In this document: piece after piece, positions 9,224 through 18,240 of the stretch
How positions within the stretch are numbered: position 1 is the stretch's first letter
Layout of the letters: each line of letters begins with the position of its first letter
NCBI RefSeq assembly: GCF_024460775.1
Contig: NZ_JANFYZ010000002.1
Coordinates: forward strand, 30,954 to 94,953
DNA from: Desulfovibrio desulfuricans
GTDB lineage: Bacteria > Desulfobacterota > Desulfovibrionia > Desulfovibrionales > Desulfovibrionaceae
Length of the DNA: 64,000 nucleotides
Direction: 5' to 3'
The notes under the pieces: model-generated
What the model saw: only the letters and a program-made list of their open reading frames with translations
Database searches by the model: none
What the model was told of the DNA's origin: nothing
Program-made: the position numbers and the translations under genes

Positions 9224-9643
9224 ATGTTTTTTTTGCTGGGAGGCCACGATAAAAAAAGCCGCAAGGCCGAGAGAACTGTGGGCATTTCTGACGCAAGCGC
9301 CAGGGTGCGTGAGGTTTTTCTGGCCGGGCGCTTTCCTGTGGTGACGACGCATCAGGTGGAGGGGAGGCGTATTGCCAAGGTGCTTGGCCTTGTCTGTTGC
9401 CGGGGGTTTGACTCGGAAGAAGCTTTTTTTGGCATGGCGGCAAGGGCCATGAACAAGGGCGCACAGGCTATTGTGGGCTATAATGAAAACGTGGCCTTTC
9501 ACCCCGATGGCAGCAAGTATTTTTCCTGCTTCGGCACTGCCGTGATGTTTGAGTATGACCCTGCCGACCCTGAATCATTGCCGCTCATGCTGCAACAGAA
9601 GTTCAAGGCGCAGGAACAATCCGGCCTCAGTGAAATCATCTGA
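9224..9643 (+). CDS. YbjQ/UPF0145 (DUF74) family protein
   Basis: Pattern VVTTHQVEGRRI..VLGLV...GFD...FFGM...A..GAQAIVGY.....F....GTAVMFE matches the YbjQ family. GGAGG RBS. Confidence 0.65.
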   Translation: MFFLLGGHDKKSRKAERTVGISDASARVREVFLAGRFPVVTTHQVEGRRIAKVLGLVCCRGFDSEEAFFGMAARAMNKGAQAIVGYNENVAFHPDGSKYFSCFGTAVMFEYDPADPESLPLMLQQKFKAQEQSGLSEII

Positions 9644-9661
9644 TCTGGCTGGTTTCTATAT

Positions 9662-9704
9662 ATGCAAAGCCCCCGCTCAATGTGAGCGGGGGCTTTGCAT
9701 TTGT
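9662..9704 (+). terminator. rho-independent terminator (17-bp near-perfect stem UGCAAAGCCCCCGCUCA-augu-GAGCGGGGGCUUUGCA, then UUUGU)
   Basis: Read directly from the sequence. Immediately downstream of the ybjQ-like gene. Confidence 0.7.
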
Positions 9705-9986
9705 AACAGGTGCAATGCTGAATGCTAGTTATGGGTGTCAGTTCAATTTTTTACTAATGGGTCTGAGCGCTGTACTACAAGGTTTGTGACTATTTTTGTG
9801 CATATCGTAATGGTGTGTTATGTATCATGTTGTTAAGACTAGATAAAAAATATTTTGAAATTATATAAAGTGTTGATAATGTTAAACGATAAGTATTATG
9901 AATGTTGCAGCCGTCTATAGAGAGTATATTCTTATACTTTGAATGGATAAACAGCGTAAATTTACAACAGTTTTGAGGGGCATATT

Positions 9987-11738
9987 ATGAGGCTTTCGAT
10001 AAAGCTCGTGTTTCTTGCAGTGTTATTAACGGCATTTTCGATAATTATTGGATTTTTTTCTGTTGCTGGGATGTCTTCTATAAATAAAGACGTCAAGGAT
10101 ATTTCTGAAAACTGGCTTCCAACAATCAAGGTTGCTGGTGAAATTAATAGCATGGTGAATGAATACAGGCGCAATGAGCTGGTTCACATTCTCACAACAG
10201 ATGAATCATTGATGCGTCAGTATGAAAACAAGATACAGAATTTGACCGGCAGTATTAATGAAAAAGTTAAAGAATATGAAAAACTAATCTCTGAGCCTGA
10301 AGAAAAAGTTGCATTCCCCAAGTTTCTTGCGGCATGGAAGACCTACACGGAAAATCACGCGAAGGTTGAGGCCCTATCCAAAAGCAACAATACCGAAGAA
10401 GCCGTCAAGTTGGTGCTTGGCCCGGCCAGAGCGCAGTATGTTGAAGCCCTTGATCAGCTAAAAGTTATTATTGATATCAATAACAAGGGGAGCAAGGCTT
10501 CAGCTGCTGACGCGGAAACTTCATACAAACGAGGGAAGCTGCTTACGATCTCGTTGATAATTGCGGTAATGCTCGCTGCCACAGCTATTTCCATTTTGAT
10601 TATCAGGGGTGTGACGAAGCAGCTTGGCGAGGATCCCGGTTATTTGCATCACGTGGCATCGGAAATAGCCGCCGGTCAGCTTGATCTGGCATTCAAGCCG
10701 TATTCCGGCGATGGCGGCGTTTACGGTGTGCTCATAAAAATGGTTGGCAACCTCAAAGCCAAAATTGCCGAAGCAGACAGCAAATCGCAGCAGGCCGCGC
10801 AACAGGCTAAAGCCGCGCAGGAAGCAACCGCTCTTGCCGAGGAGGCAACTCGCCGGGCAGAGCGGGCCAAGGCGGAAGGCATGCTCCAGGCTGCCCAGCA
10901 GCTTGAAGGGATTGTGCAGATCGTGTCGTCCGCGTCAGAAGCGCTTTCTGAACAGATTGTGCAGTCCAGCCGGGGGGCTGACGAGCAGTCTGGCCGTGTG
11001 CGTGAAACCGCAACGGCCATGGAGGAAATGAACGCCACTGTGCTGGAAGTGGCCAAGAATGCCCAGCAGGCAGCGGATGTTTCGCATCAGACCAGGGAAC
11101 AGGCCGTGGAAGGCTCGCAGATACTCGACGATGCTGTTAAGGGCATTGAATCCGTCCACACGCAGTCCATTGCCATCAAGGAAGATATGGATGCTCTGGG
11201 CAAGCAGGCGGAGAGCATCGGCCAGATTATGGGGGTCATTGCCGACATCGCCGACCAGACCAACCTGCTGGCGCTGAACGCCGCCATTGAGGCCGCTCGC
11301 GCGGGTGATGCTGGCAGAGGTTTTGCCGTCGTTGCGGATGAAGTGCGCAAACTGGCGGAAAAAACCATGTCTGCCACGCAAGAAGTGGGTCAGGCCATTA
11401 CGGGCATTCAGGCTGGCACCCGCAAGAATATCCAGAATGTCGAGCAGGTTGCCGTGACTATTGAAAGTGCAACCACCATGTCGGTACGTTCCGGCGAATC
11501 GCTCAAGAAAATCCTTGAGCTCGTCCATCTGGTCAACGATCAGGTTCAGTCCATTGCTACCGCCAGCGAGCAGCAATCCGCCGCCAGCGAAGAGATCAAT
11601 CAGTCTGTTGAGCAGGTGGCGACAATTTCTGTCCAAACCGCTCAAGCTATGGAGCAGGCTTCCGGTGCTGTTGCAGACCTGACGCAACAGGCTCAGTCAC
11701 TCCAGCGGGTTATAGAAAAAATGAAAAATCAGGCTTAG
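9987..11738 (+). CDS. methyl-accepting chemotaxis protein (4HB sensor-TM-HAMP-MCP signalling domain)
   Basis: Signal-anchor N-terminus, second TM at [25 protein letters not shown] region, and the highly conserved MCP signalling motif [35 protein letters not shown]. Confidence 0.93.
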   Translation: MRLSIKLVFLAVLLTAFSIIIGFFSVAGMSSINKDVKDISENWLPTIKVAGEINSMVNEYRRNELVHILTTDESLMRQYENKIQNLTGSINEKVKEYEKLISEPEEKVAFPKFLAAWKTYTENHAKVEALSKSNNTEEAVKLVLGPARAQYVEALDQLKVIIDINNKGSKASAADAETSYKRGKLLTISLIIAVMLAATAISILIIRGVTKQLGEDPGYLHHVASEIAAGQLDLAFKPYSGDGGVYGVLIKMVGNLKAKIAEADSKSQQAAQQAKAAQEATALAEEATRRAERAKAEGMLQAAQQLEGIVQIVSSASEALSEQIVQSSRGADEQSGRVRETATAMEEMNATVLEVAKNAQQAADVSHQTREQAVEGSQILDDAVKGIESVHTQSIAIKEDMDALGKQAESIGQIMGVIADIADQTNLLALNAAIEAARAGDAGRGFAVVADEVRKLAEKTMSATQEVGQAITGIQAGTRKNIQNVEQVAVTIESATTMSVRSGESLKKILELVHLVNDQVQSIATASEQQSAASEEINQSVEQVATISVQTAQAMEQASGAVADLTQQAQSLQRVIEKMKNQA

Positions 11739-11757
11739 TCAAAAGTCATTGGTAAAA

Positions 11758-11796
11758 GGAAAAGGCCGTTCAGAGATGGACGGCCTTTTGTATTTA
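11758..11796. terminator. bidirectional rho-independent terminator (AAAGGCCGU-ucagagaugg-ACGGCCUUUU) flanked by A/T runs on both sides
   Basis: Hairpin sits between the convergent MCP (+) and truA (-) genes. Confidence 0.6.
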
Positions 11797-11843
11797 TGGG
11801 CTTTTTGTTTGCGGCAGAGGGGGCACAACAATGTGTGCGGCTA

Positions 11844-12623
11844 TCAGGCCTCGGGGTACACCACGTTCACCAGTGCCAGCCCTTGCGGCGGCGCGGTGAC
11901 GGAGGGCACATCCCGGCGGTCGCGTGTGGCAAGCAGGGCGGGGATATCCTTTGGCTGCACCTTGCCTTGGCCGCAGGCAGCCAGCAAGCCCGCCATATTG
12001 CGCACCATCTGCTTGAGAAAGCCATCGGCAGTCACAATAAAGCGCAGCATGGGCGCGTGCGGCGGATAAAATTCGCAGGGGGGCATTGCGTGCAGCTCGG
12101 TTTGCAGCACCGTGCGCTCTGTGCTTTCCACATCCGTACCCACATTGCGTAGCGCGGCAAAGTCGTGCAGGCCCGTCAGGTGGGGCAGGGCGGCGCGCAT
12201 GGCCTCAATATTCATGGGGCCGCATTTCCACACAAAGGGTGTCAGTTGCGGCGGCATAAAGGTCTGTTCCAGCCAGAACTGATAGGCGTAAGTTTTGCGC
12301 AGGGCATCCTTGCGTGCGTGGAAGTCCGGCGCGGCCTGCATGGCTTCCAGCACGCGGATGTCGCGGGGCAAAACAGCGTTGAGGCTGCGCCGCCAGTCCA
12401 TGTTGGCCCGCGCATCGGGCACATCGCAGTGCACAACCTGCCCGTGGGCATGCACGCCGGAATCGGTGCGGCCCGAGCCGTGGGCGCGTATGTTCTGCCC
12501 TGTGATGGTGCGCAGGGCCTTTTCCATCTCGCCCTGAACTGTGGGCGGCGGGCTCGGCTTTTCCTGTATCTGCCAGCCGCTGTAGCAGGTGCCCACATAG
12601 GCGATCAAAAGCTTGAGGCGCAT
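11844..12623 (-). CDS. truA: tRNA pseudouridine(38-40) synthase TruA
   Basis: LLIAYVGTCYSGWQ.Q and the catalytic motif GSGRTDSGVHAHGQVVHCD (TruA RTDxGVHA signature). Confidence 0.9.
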   Translation of the reverse strand: MRLKLLIAYVGTCYSGWQIQEKPSPPPTVQGEMEKALRTITGQNIRAHGSGRTDSGVHAHGQVVHCDVPDARANMDWRRSLNAVLPRDIRVLEAMQAAPDFHARKDALRKTYAYQFWLEQTFMPPQLTPFVWKCGPMNIEAMRAALPHLTGLHDFAALRNVGTDVESTERTVLQTELHAMPPCEFYPPHAPMLRFIVTADGFLKQMVRNMAGLLAACGQGKVQPKDIPALLATRDRRDVPSVTAPPQGLALVNVVYPEA

Positions 12624-13852
12624 TAATCAGGTATCCTCATGCGGGTGATAAGCTCCGTAAGCTTGGCTGTCTTGGCCGGGGAAACGTAGGTGAGGATTTC
12701 GCCTGACTGCTTGGGCGACATGCCGGAAAGAATGCGGATGGCCACACGTTCGTCCATGCTTTCCAGAGCCTTGGCGGCTGCTTTGGGTTTCATCATGGAA
12801 TAGGTGAGAACCAGCCGGTGAACTTTTTCGTTTTCAATGCCCCTGGCCTCGCGGATCATGTCCTGCATTTTCTTTTCAGTTTCCTGAATGTCCTTGAGGC
12901 GCTGATCCATCTGCTGGCGCAGCACAAGAATATCCTGCTGCTGGCGCGCCAGTTCCTGGGCCTTGGTGTTGGGGTCGTTGGAATACGCGCCCTGAGGCTG
13001 CTGCACCGTGGGGACGGGCAGTGTGCCCGAGCTTTGCCCCTGCGGCAAGGGGGGCAAAAAGCCGTCGCTGTTGCCTGCCGCGCCGCGCGGCGGCAAAGGT
13101 GCGCCGTCCGTGCCCTGACCGCGCGGAATGTTTGCCGGTATGGGGGGGGCGCCGGGTATGGTCAGCGGGGCGGTTTGCTCTGCGGGAGCAAAGGGCGATT
13201 GCCCGCCAGTGGGCGTCTGGGGAACAGGCATGTCCAGCGCTGCCGCGTGTGCGGCCTGTACGCTGCCAAGGCCGGGGATGGGCAGATTGCTCAGGCCCAG
13301 GGCGTCCAGCCATTCGGATTCGCTGGCGCGGTTGGGTCTGGCAGAAACAATCAGGCTACCGGAAGGGGCGGATGTGCCCGGTTCCGCCTGTGGGGCAGGC
13401 AGGGCCTGCGGTTCGGGAAAATTTGGAGAAAATGTCTGGCTGGGAGCCTTGGAAGCCGCCGCAGTTTCAGGTGCGCCGCCTGAGGCCGTTGCACGGATAA
13501 GCGGTGCGGGCAGGGCGGCATCGGTCACGCTGGTGGTTTGATCAGCATGGGGTTTGACCGCTGCGGCCATGCGGGCGGCGGCAGAACCTTGCGGGTCGCT
13601 CTGGCTCTTTTCAGTTTTGTCCTTGATGTTGTCTACAACAGAATCAAGGGCCGAACCCATGGACGAAAGTGTAGAACTGACGCTTTGCGCCAGACCAGAG
13701 GGGGCCGCATCAGCAACAGGAGCCACGGTTTCAGCCTGCTCCTGCCCATTGCGCGGCTCGTTCACGGCTACCGTGGCATCCTTGGGCGATCCGCCAAGCC
13801 AGGAGGGCACGGGCACATCCAGCAGCAACAGGCCGAGGATGGTAAGCTTCAT
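12623..13852 (-). CDS. Pro/Ala/Gly-rich protein with a C-terminal MgtE-N-like (YlxF/MotE-like) flagellar domain; start uncertain (ORF extends to 13927, overlapping fliJ)
   Basis: C-terminal MKPKAAAKALESMDERVAIRILSGMSPKQSGEILTYVSPAKTAKLTELI resembles MgtE-N/YlxF-type domains. Position is immediately downstream of fliJ, as YlxF is in Bacillus. Long low-complexity P/A/Q/G linker. Confidence 0.55.
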   Translation of the reverse strand: MKLTILGLLLLDVPVPSWLGGSPKDATVAVNEPRNGQEQAETVAPVADAAPSGLAQSVSSTLSSMGSALDSVVDNIKDKTEKSQSDPQGSAAARMAAAVKPHADQTTSVTDAALPAPLIRATASGGAPETAAASKAPSQTFSPNFPEPQALPAPQAEPGTSAPSGSLIVSARPNRASESEWLDALGLSNLPIPGLGSVQAAHAAALDMPVPQTPTGGQSPFAPAEQTAPLTIPGAPPIPANIPRGQGTDGAPLPPRGAAGNSDGFLPPLPQGQSSGTLPVPTVQQPQGAYSNDPNTKAQELARQQQDILVLRQQMDQRLKDIQETEKKMQDMIREARGIENEKVHRLVLTYSMMKPKAAAKALESMDERVAIRILSGMSPKQSGEILTYVSPAKTAKLTELITRMRIPD

Positions 13853-13883
13853 AAAGCAGAGCACCGCCAGCCAGCGGAATAGC

Positions 13884-14321
13884 TTAGAGAGCCGGAGCTT
13901 TGTAGCGGAGTGTGGCTGTTTCGTCATTGACGCGTTGCTCCTTCAGTTGTTCCTCACGAATATACTGCTGGTTTTGGCGTTCCTTGAGCTTTTCCAGCAG
14001 TTTTTTTTCAATGGCGCGCGCAGCCAGCAGTTTGCGGGCTTCGTCAACAAGCTGTTCGTGCATGCGGGTCTGCAAGGCGGCATTGGCTACATCGCCCCGC
14101 AATCCTTTTACATACTGCTCCAGCAGCCAGCGTTCCGCCTGCGGCACAAGGGCTGATTCAAACAAACGGTCTTCGGTCTGTCGCAGTTCAGCCTTCAGGC
14201 GTTCAAAAAGTGCGCGCGCTTCTTCCAGGAGTTTCTGCTTGTTGGCCAGATCAACCTTGGCTTCTTCTTCAAGCTGTTCCCGGTAGTCGAGTATTTTCTG
14301 TAACTTGAAACGAAAAGGCAC
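13884..14321 (-). CDS. fliJ: flagellar export protein FliJ
   Basis: 145-aa coiled-coil protein. N-terminal FRFKLQKILDYREQLEEEAK is the characteristic FliJ opening. Confidence 0.8.
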   Translation of the reverse strand: MPFRFKLQKILDYREQLEEEAKVDLANKQKLLEEARALFERLKAELRQTEDRLFESALVPQAERWLLEQYVKGLRGDVANAALQTRMHEQLVDEARKLLAARAIEKKLLEKLKERQNQQYIREEQLKEQRVNDETATLRYKAPAL

Positions 14322-14441
14322 GCCGCACCGCCTTGATTTTGACGCCCTGAATATCCACAGGGGGAATCTGCAAACAGTGGGCCAATCCGCCTGCCATGCG
14401 GCGGCGGAAAAGGGCCCTGCGGCTGACAGGCGGGCAAATGC

Positions 14442-15245
14442 CTATTTGATGTTTAAATCCGCAGCGTGGTTTACCGGGCCGCAGCCCTTGCCGGGGGCAT
14501 AGCTTTTACGCAGGGCAAGATTAAGAAATTCCTGCGCCCGGGTTACAGCAACCTGTAGGGGCAAACCACGCCCAAGCCCTGTGGCGATGGCGGCAGAAAG
14601 CGTGCAGCCCGTGCCGTGGTTGTTTTCCGTCTCCACCTTGGCCTGAGGGAGGTGTTTGGGCTGTTCGCCGGGCACGCACAGGCAGTCTGTAACAACGATG
14701 GAGCTTTCCATGTGCCCGCCCTTGATGAGCACTGCGCGCGCACCCATGGCAAGCAGCTTCTGGCCTGCGGCCTCTGCGTCTTCAAGGCTGCTGATGCTCA
14801 TGCCGGTGAGCATTTCCGCCTCGGGGCGGTTGGGGGTCAGCAGGTCGCAGCCGGGCAGCATTTCTTCCACCAGTGCTGTCACGGCGTCTTCCTGCAACAG
14901 GCGGCTGCCGCTCTGGCTCACGGAAACAGGGTCAACCACAAGGGGGAAGTCGCGGTTGCGCAGTTCGTCCGCAACGGCGCGGATGATGGGGGCAGAAAAA
15001 AGCATGCCTGTTTTTGCGGCCTTGACGGAAAAACCTTCAAGCACCGTGCGCAGTTGCAAGCGCACAAAATCGGCATCCGGCGCATGAATTCCTGTAACGC
15101 CCAATCCGTTCTGCGCGGTAAGGGCGGTGATGACGCTCATGCCGTAACCGCCGAGCGCCATGATTGTTTTCAGGTCAGCCTGAATGCCGGCGCCGCCGCC
15201 GGAATCAGAACCGGCAATGGTGAGGATGTTGGCAGGGGTATGCAT
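14442..15245 (-). CDS. thiD: hydroxymethylpyrimidine/phosphomethylpyrimidine kinase ThiD
   Basis: ILTIAGSDSGGGAGIQADLKT (ThiD/PdxK N-terminal motif). ~267 aa ribokinase-fold kinase. Confidence 0.9.
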   Translation of the reverse strand: MHTPANILTIAGSDSGGGAGIQADLKTIMALGGYGMSVITALTAQNGLGVTGIHAPDADFVRLQLRTVLEGFSVKAAKTGMLFSAPIIRAVADELRNRDFPLVVDPVSVSQSGSRLLQEDAVTALVEEMLPGCDLLTPNRPEAEMLTGMSISSLEDAEAAGQKLLAMGARAVLIKGGHMESSIVVTDCLCVPGEQPKHLPQAKVETENNHGTGCTLSAAIATGLGRGLPLQVAVTRAQEFLNLALRKSYAPGKGCGPVNHAADLNIK

Positions 15246-15492
15246 AAAAAGCCTCTCATAAAAAACTGCGTACGAATTTGCCTACTATACCCCGCCGCCC
15301 GTTGGGGTGCAATGCGGGCAATGTCTGCCCCGTATCCAGAAACTCTCTGGAAAATGTCTTCACAGCGCAGGGAAGCAATGCTAGCATTTACGCGCAATAA
15401 ACGGAAATAATGGCTCGGTATGCCGTTTTTGCGGCGCTCAGGGCTGTACCCGTTGTGCCACGGCCCCATGCCTGCCGCATTAGGAGAATTTT

Positions 15493-16878
15493 ATGAAATT
15501 GGAAAAAAAGCCTCTGGACGTGCCGGACATTGTGAATATGCCCAAGCCCCGTCCCGCACGCGCGGGCGCGCGCAAGGCCGTGGTACTGGCGCTGCTGGCT
15601 GTTTTGGCGCTGGGCGGCGCGACCTACTGGCTTACACGCGATAAATCAACCCGCGACCAGTGGAAGGACAAAGCCGCCGACATCATAAACAATGCCACCA
15701 GCGGCACTCCGCTGGCCGGTGTGGGTGATGTGCTGCGCGATGCGCCGCCGCCCCCGCCCATTTCTGTTGTCAGCCCGCCCACCTCCCCCGGCACTCTGGC
15801 CGGGCAAACAGTGCAGGGCAGCGTGGGTGCGCCTGTAGATGGCTCAACGCCTGCCGGGATGTATCCGCAGCAGAACGGGGCGCAGATGCCCCAGAAGGTG
15901 ACGGAAGACAGCCACATCCGCATGGAATTTGTGGAAGATCTGGCGGCCTTTGTTGTGGCCCGGTTCAAGCCCGGCCCGCAGAGCGGCACGCTGAACGTTA
16001 GTGTGCAGGCGCTCAATCAGCGCTACGGTGCAAAGTTTGCCAATGTCACTGACGGCAAGGGCGGGCGCGAAGCCCTGCTGCGCTATGCCTTTCACCCCAC
16101 CATGCTGCGCGGGCTGTACACCCTCTATGCGGACCGCTTTCTGGACGCCGTCAACCGCGATGCTGCCTCCAAGGGCTTTACGCCAGAGCAGATCCGCCAG
16201 TTGCACATGGCGCTGGCCGGGCGTCTTGTGATTCTGGCTGGCGCGCTTGAAGGCGTGGCCACTGTTCCCAATCTTGATGCCCGCCTGCGCGAGCAGGACA
16301 AATCCGCGCAAGGGGTAGTGGAAATTAACGCCCAGATGGCCGAAGCCGTGTTTGCGGTAGACCAGTTGCGGGAGAGCAATGCTCCCGAAGCGCAGATATC
16401 CACAGCGCAACTGCGGGTGGACGGCCTGAGCGCCCGGTACCGCCGTGCGCTTGAGGAACGCGCCGCCTTGCAGCGCACCCTGGTTGCGGCCATACGCCAG
16501 AACGGCGGGCAGACGCTGGATGATGATTCCCTGCTGTTTGTGGCCCAGTGGGTTGACCGCCGCCTGCGCGCAGACGCTCAGGCCCTTGCCTCGGTGCAGG
16601 CCTCGGCGGGAGTGTTGCGCGATCTGGCGCGGCGCAGCGCACAGGCCGGAACAGGTACGCCGTTCCAGCCGCAAAGCCCCGCACCGGGGGCGATTCCTAA
16701 TGGCGCAGGCAATGCCGTGCCAAATGTGGCCCCTAATGCCGCACAAAACGCCGGGCATGTGCAGACCTCCCCGCAGCTGACCCCGCCGCAGGGGCATGCG
16801 GCCCCCGCGCTGCCTGCAGAAAACTCGCTTGGCGGCACAGAACGTGCGCCAGCCCCCCGCGTGGGCGGTCAGCAGTAA
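15493..16878 (+). CDS. hypothetical membrane-anchored Pro-rich protein
   Basis: AGGAG RBS. N-terminal TM anchor (AVVLALLAVLALGGATYWL). PPPPPP and Pro/Ala/Gly-rich C-terminal tail. No recognisable catalytic domain. Confidence 0.55.
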   Translation: MKLEKKPLDVPDIVNMPKPRPARAGARKAVVLALLAVLALGGATYWLTRDKSTRDQWKDKAADIINNATSGTPLAGVGDVLRDAPPPPPISVVSPPTSPGTLAGQTVQGSVGAPVDGSTPAGMYPQQNGAQMPQKVTEDSHIRMEFVEDLAAFVVARFKPGPQSGTLNVSVQALNQRYGAKFANVTDGKGGREALLRYAFHPTMLRGLYTLYADRFLDAVNRDAASKGFTPEQIRQLHMALAGRLVILAGALEGVATVPNLDARLREQDKSAQGVVEINAQMAEAVFAVDQLRESNAPEAQISTAQLRVDGLSARYRRALEERAALQRTLVAAIRQNGGQTLDDDSLLFVAQWVDRRLRADAQALASVQASAGVLRDLARRSAQAGTGTPFQPQSPAPGAIPNGAGNAVPNVAPNAAQNAGHVQTSPQLTPPQGHAAPALPAENSLGGTERAPAPRVGGQQ

Positions 16879-17441
16879 TGGGCGCAGCAGTTCTTTTTGT
16901 TGGCGGCACACGCAGCGGCAAAAGCGGTCTGGCACAGCGCTGGGCCGAGGCGCAAGCCCCGCAGCGGCTATATCTGGCCACGGGCCGCGCGGACGATGAA
17001 GAAATGGCGGCGCGTATTGCCCGGCACAAGCAGGAGCGCGGTCAGGGCTGGCATTGCCTTGAAGAGCCGCTTGACCCGGCTGGCGCTCTGGCATCGCAGA
17101 TGTCTGCGGCCCAGCCCGACGGCAAGGGGCCGGGGGTTGTGCTGTTTGACTGCGTGAGCCTGTGGGTAGCCAATCTTATGGCTGCGGACATGACGGAAAG
17201 GGATATTCTTGACCGCGTGGAGGCTCTGGCCGCCAGCATTGAGGCCTATCCCCTGCCGCTGGCGCTGGTGAGCGTGGAGGCTGGCCTTGGCATGGTTGCC
17301 ATGTCGAGCCTCGGACGTCGTTTTCAGGATACGCTGGGCCTTGCCAATCAGGCGCTGGCCCGCGTGTGCGGCACGGTACTTTTTGTAAGCTGCGGTCTGC
17401 CCCTTGTGCTCAAGGGCCAGTTGCCGGAGGAAATATGCTGA
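16878..17441 (+). CDS. cobU: adenosylcobinamide kinase / adenosylcobinamide-phosphate guanylyltransferase CobU
   Basis: P-loop GGTRSGKS, then LYLATG...DEEMAARIARHK, matches CobU/CobP along its length. Its start overlaps the previous stop (TAATG). Confidence 0.88.
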   Translation: MGAAVLFVGGTRSGKSGLAQRWAEAQAPQRLYLATGRADDEEMAARIARHKQERGQGWHCLEEPLDPAGALASQMSAAQPDGKGPGVVLFDCVSLWVANLMAADMTERDILDRVEALAASIEAYPLPLALVSVEAGLGMVAMSSLGRRFQDTLGLANQALARVCGTVLFVSCGLPLVLKGQLPEEIC

Positions 17442-18136
17442 ATTTTGTTGGGCGGACTGCCAGTGTGGAAGTGGGTGTAAAAGATGCGGGCTGCAGAGGC
17501 TTTGCTCGTGTGCCTTACCATTTCGCAGCGGCCCTGCTGTGGGCGGCGGTTGTGGTGCAGTCCGGCTTTGCCTTTGCCGCAAATGATCCGCGCCAGTGCA
17601 TTCTGGAAGCTGGCGGCGCTGTGGACAAGTCTGACGTGGCAGCTTTTGAGCGGCAGGTGGATGTGGACGCCATTCTTGAGCAGGCGCTGAATCTTTTTGT
17701 GCGCCGCGCGCAGGATCCGGAGGCGGCAAAGGATCTGCCGCCCATGGTTGCCTTGCTCTTTACGCAGGCGGCGTCCAAGGAGGGCAACGTGCGCTCCCTG
17801 TTGCTGAACGAAACCCGGGCCTTTGTGCTCAATGGCATTTCTTCCGGCGCATTTGCTGGCCGCAAGCCTTCGGGCAATACCGCGCAGGGGCTGCTTGCTC
17901 CGCTGTTTGCCGATGCCTCCACCGGGCGCAAGGAAATCAAAAACGTGGGGCAGGCCAGGCGCGATGGTGATGGCTGGCTTGTGCCCTTTGTGGTGCATGA
18001 CGGCGGCAACGGCGAATCCTATGACGTGACGGGCCGGGTGACATCCGCTAACGGCGAGATGCGCCTGACCTCTGTAGCCAATATGGAATCCCTGCTGCGC
18101 AAGGTGGCGGCAGAAAGCCGCGCTGTGGAGCCGTAG
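17435..18136 (+). CDS. hypothetical protein (start chosen at the ATG with GGAGG RBS; ORF opens at 17366)
   Basis: Overlaps the cobU stop by 7 nt (translational coupling). No recognised domain. Confidence 0.5.
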   Translation: MLNFVGRTASVEVGVKDAGCRGFARVPYHFAAALLWAAVVVQSGFAFAANDPRQCILEAGGAVDKSDVAAFERQVDVDAILEQALNLFVRRAQDPEAAKDLPPMVALLFTQAASKEGNVRSLLLNETRAFVLNGISSGAFAGRKPSGNTAQGLLAPLFADASTGRKEIKNVGQARRDGDGWLVPFVVHDGGNGESYDVTGRVTSANGEMRLTSVANMESLLRKVAAESRAVEP

Positions 18137-18180
18137 CAGATTCTGCTGACTTGGTGCACCAGGCACCAGCAAGGAATTAA

Positions 18181-18210
18181 AAAAGGGAGCCAGATGGCTC
18201 CCTTTTTTTA
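18181..18210. terminator. bidirectional rho-independent terminator (GGGAGCC-agau-GGCUCCC) flanked by A5 and U7
   Basis: Between the convergent hypothetical gene (+) and lon (-). Confidence 0.65.
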
Positions 18211-18240
18211 TCGCTGATTTTTTATCACTTTCGCCGTGCG

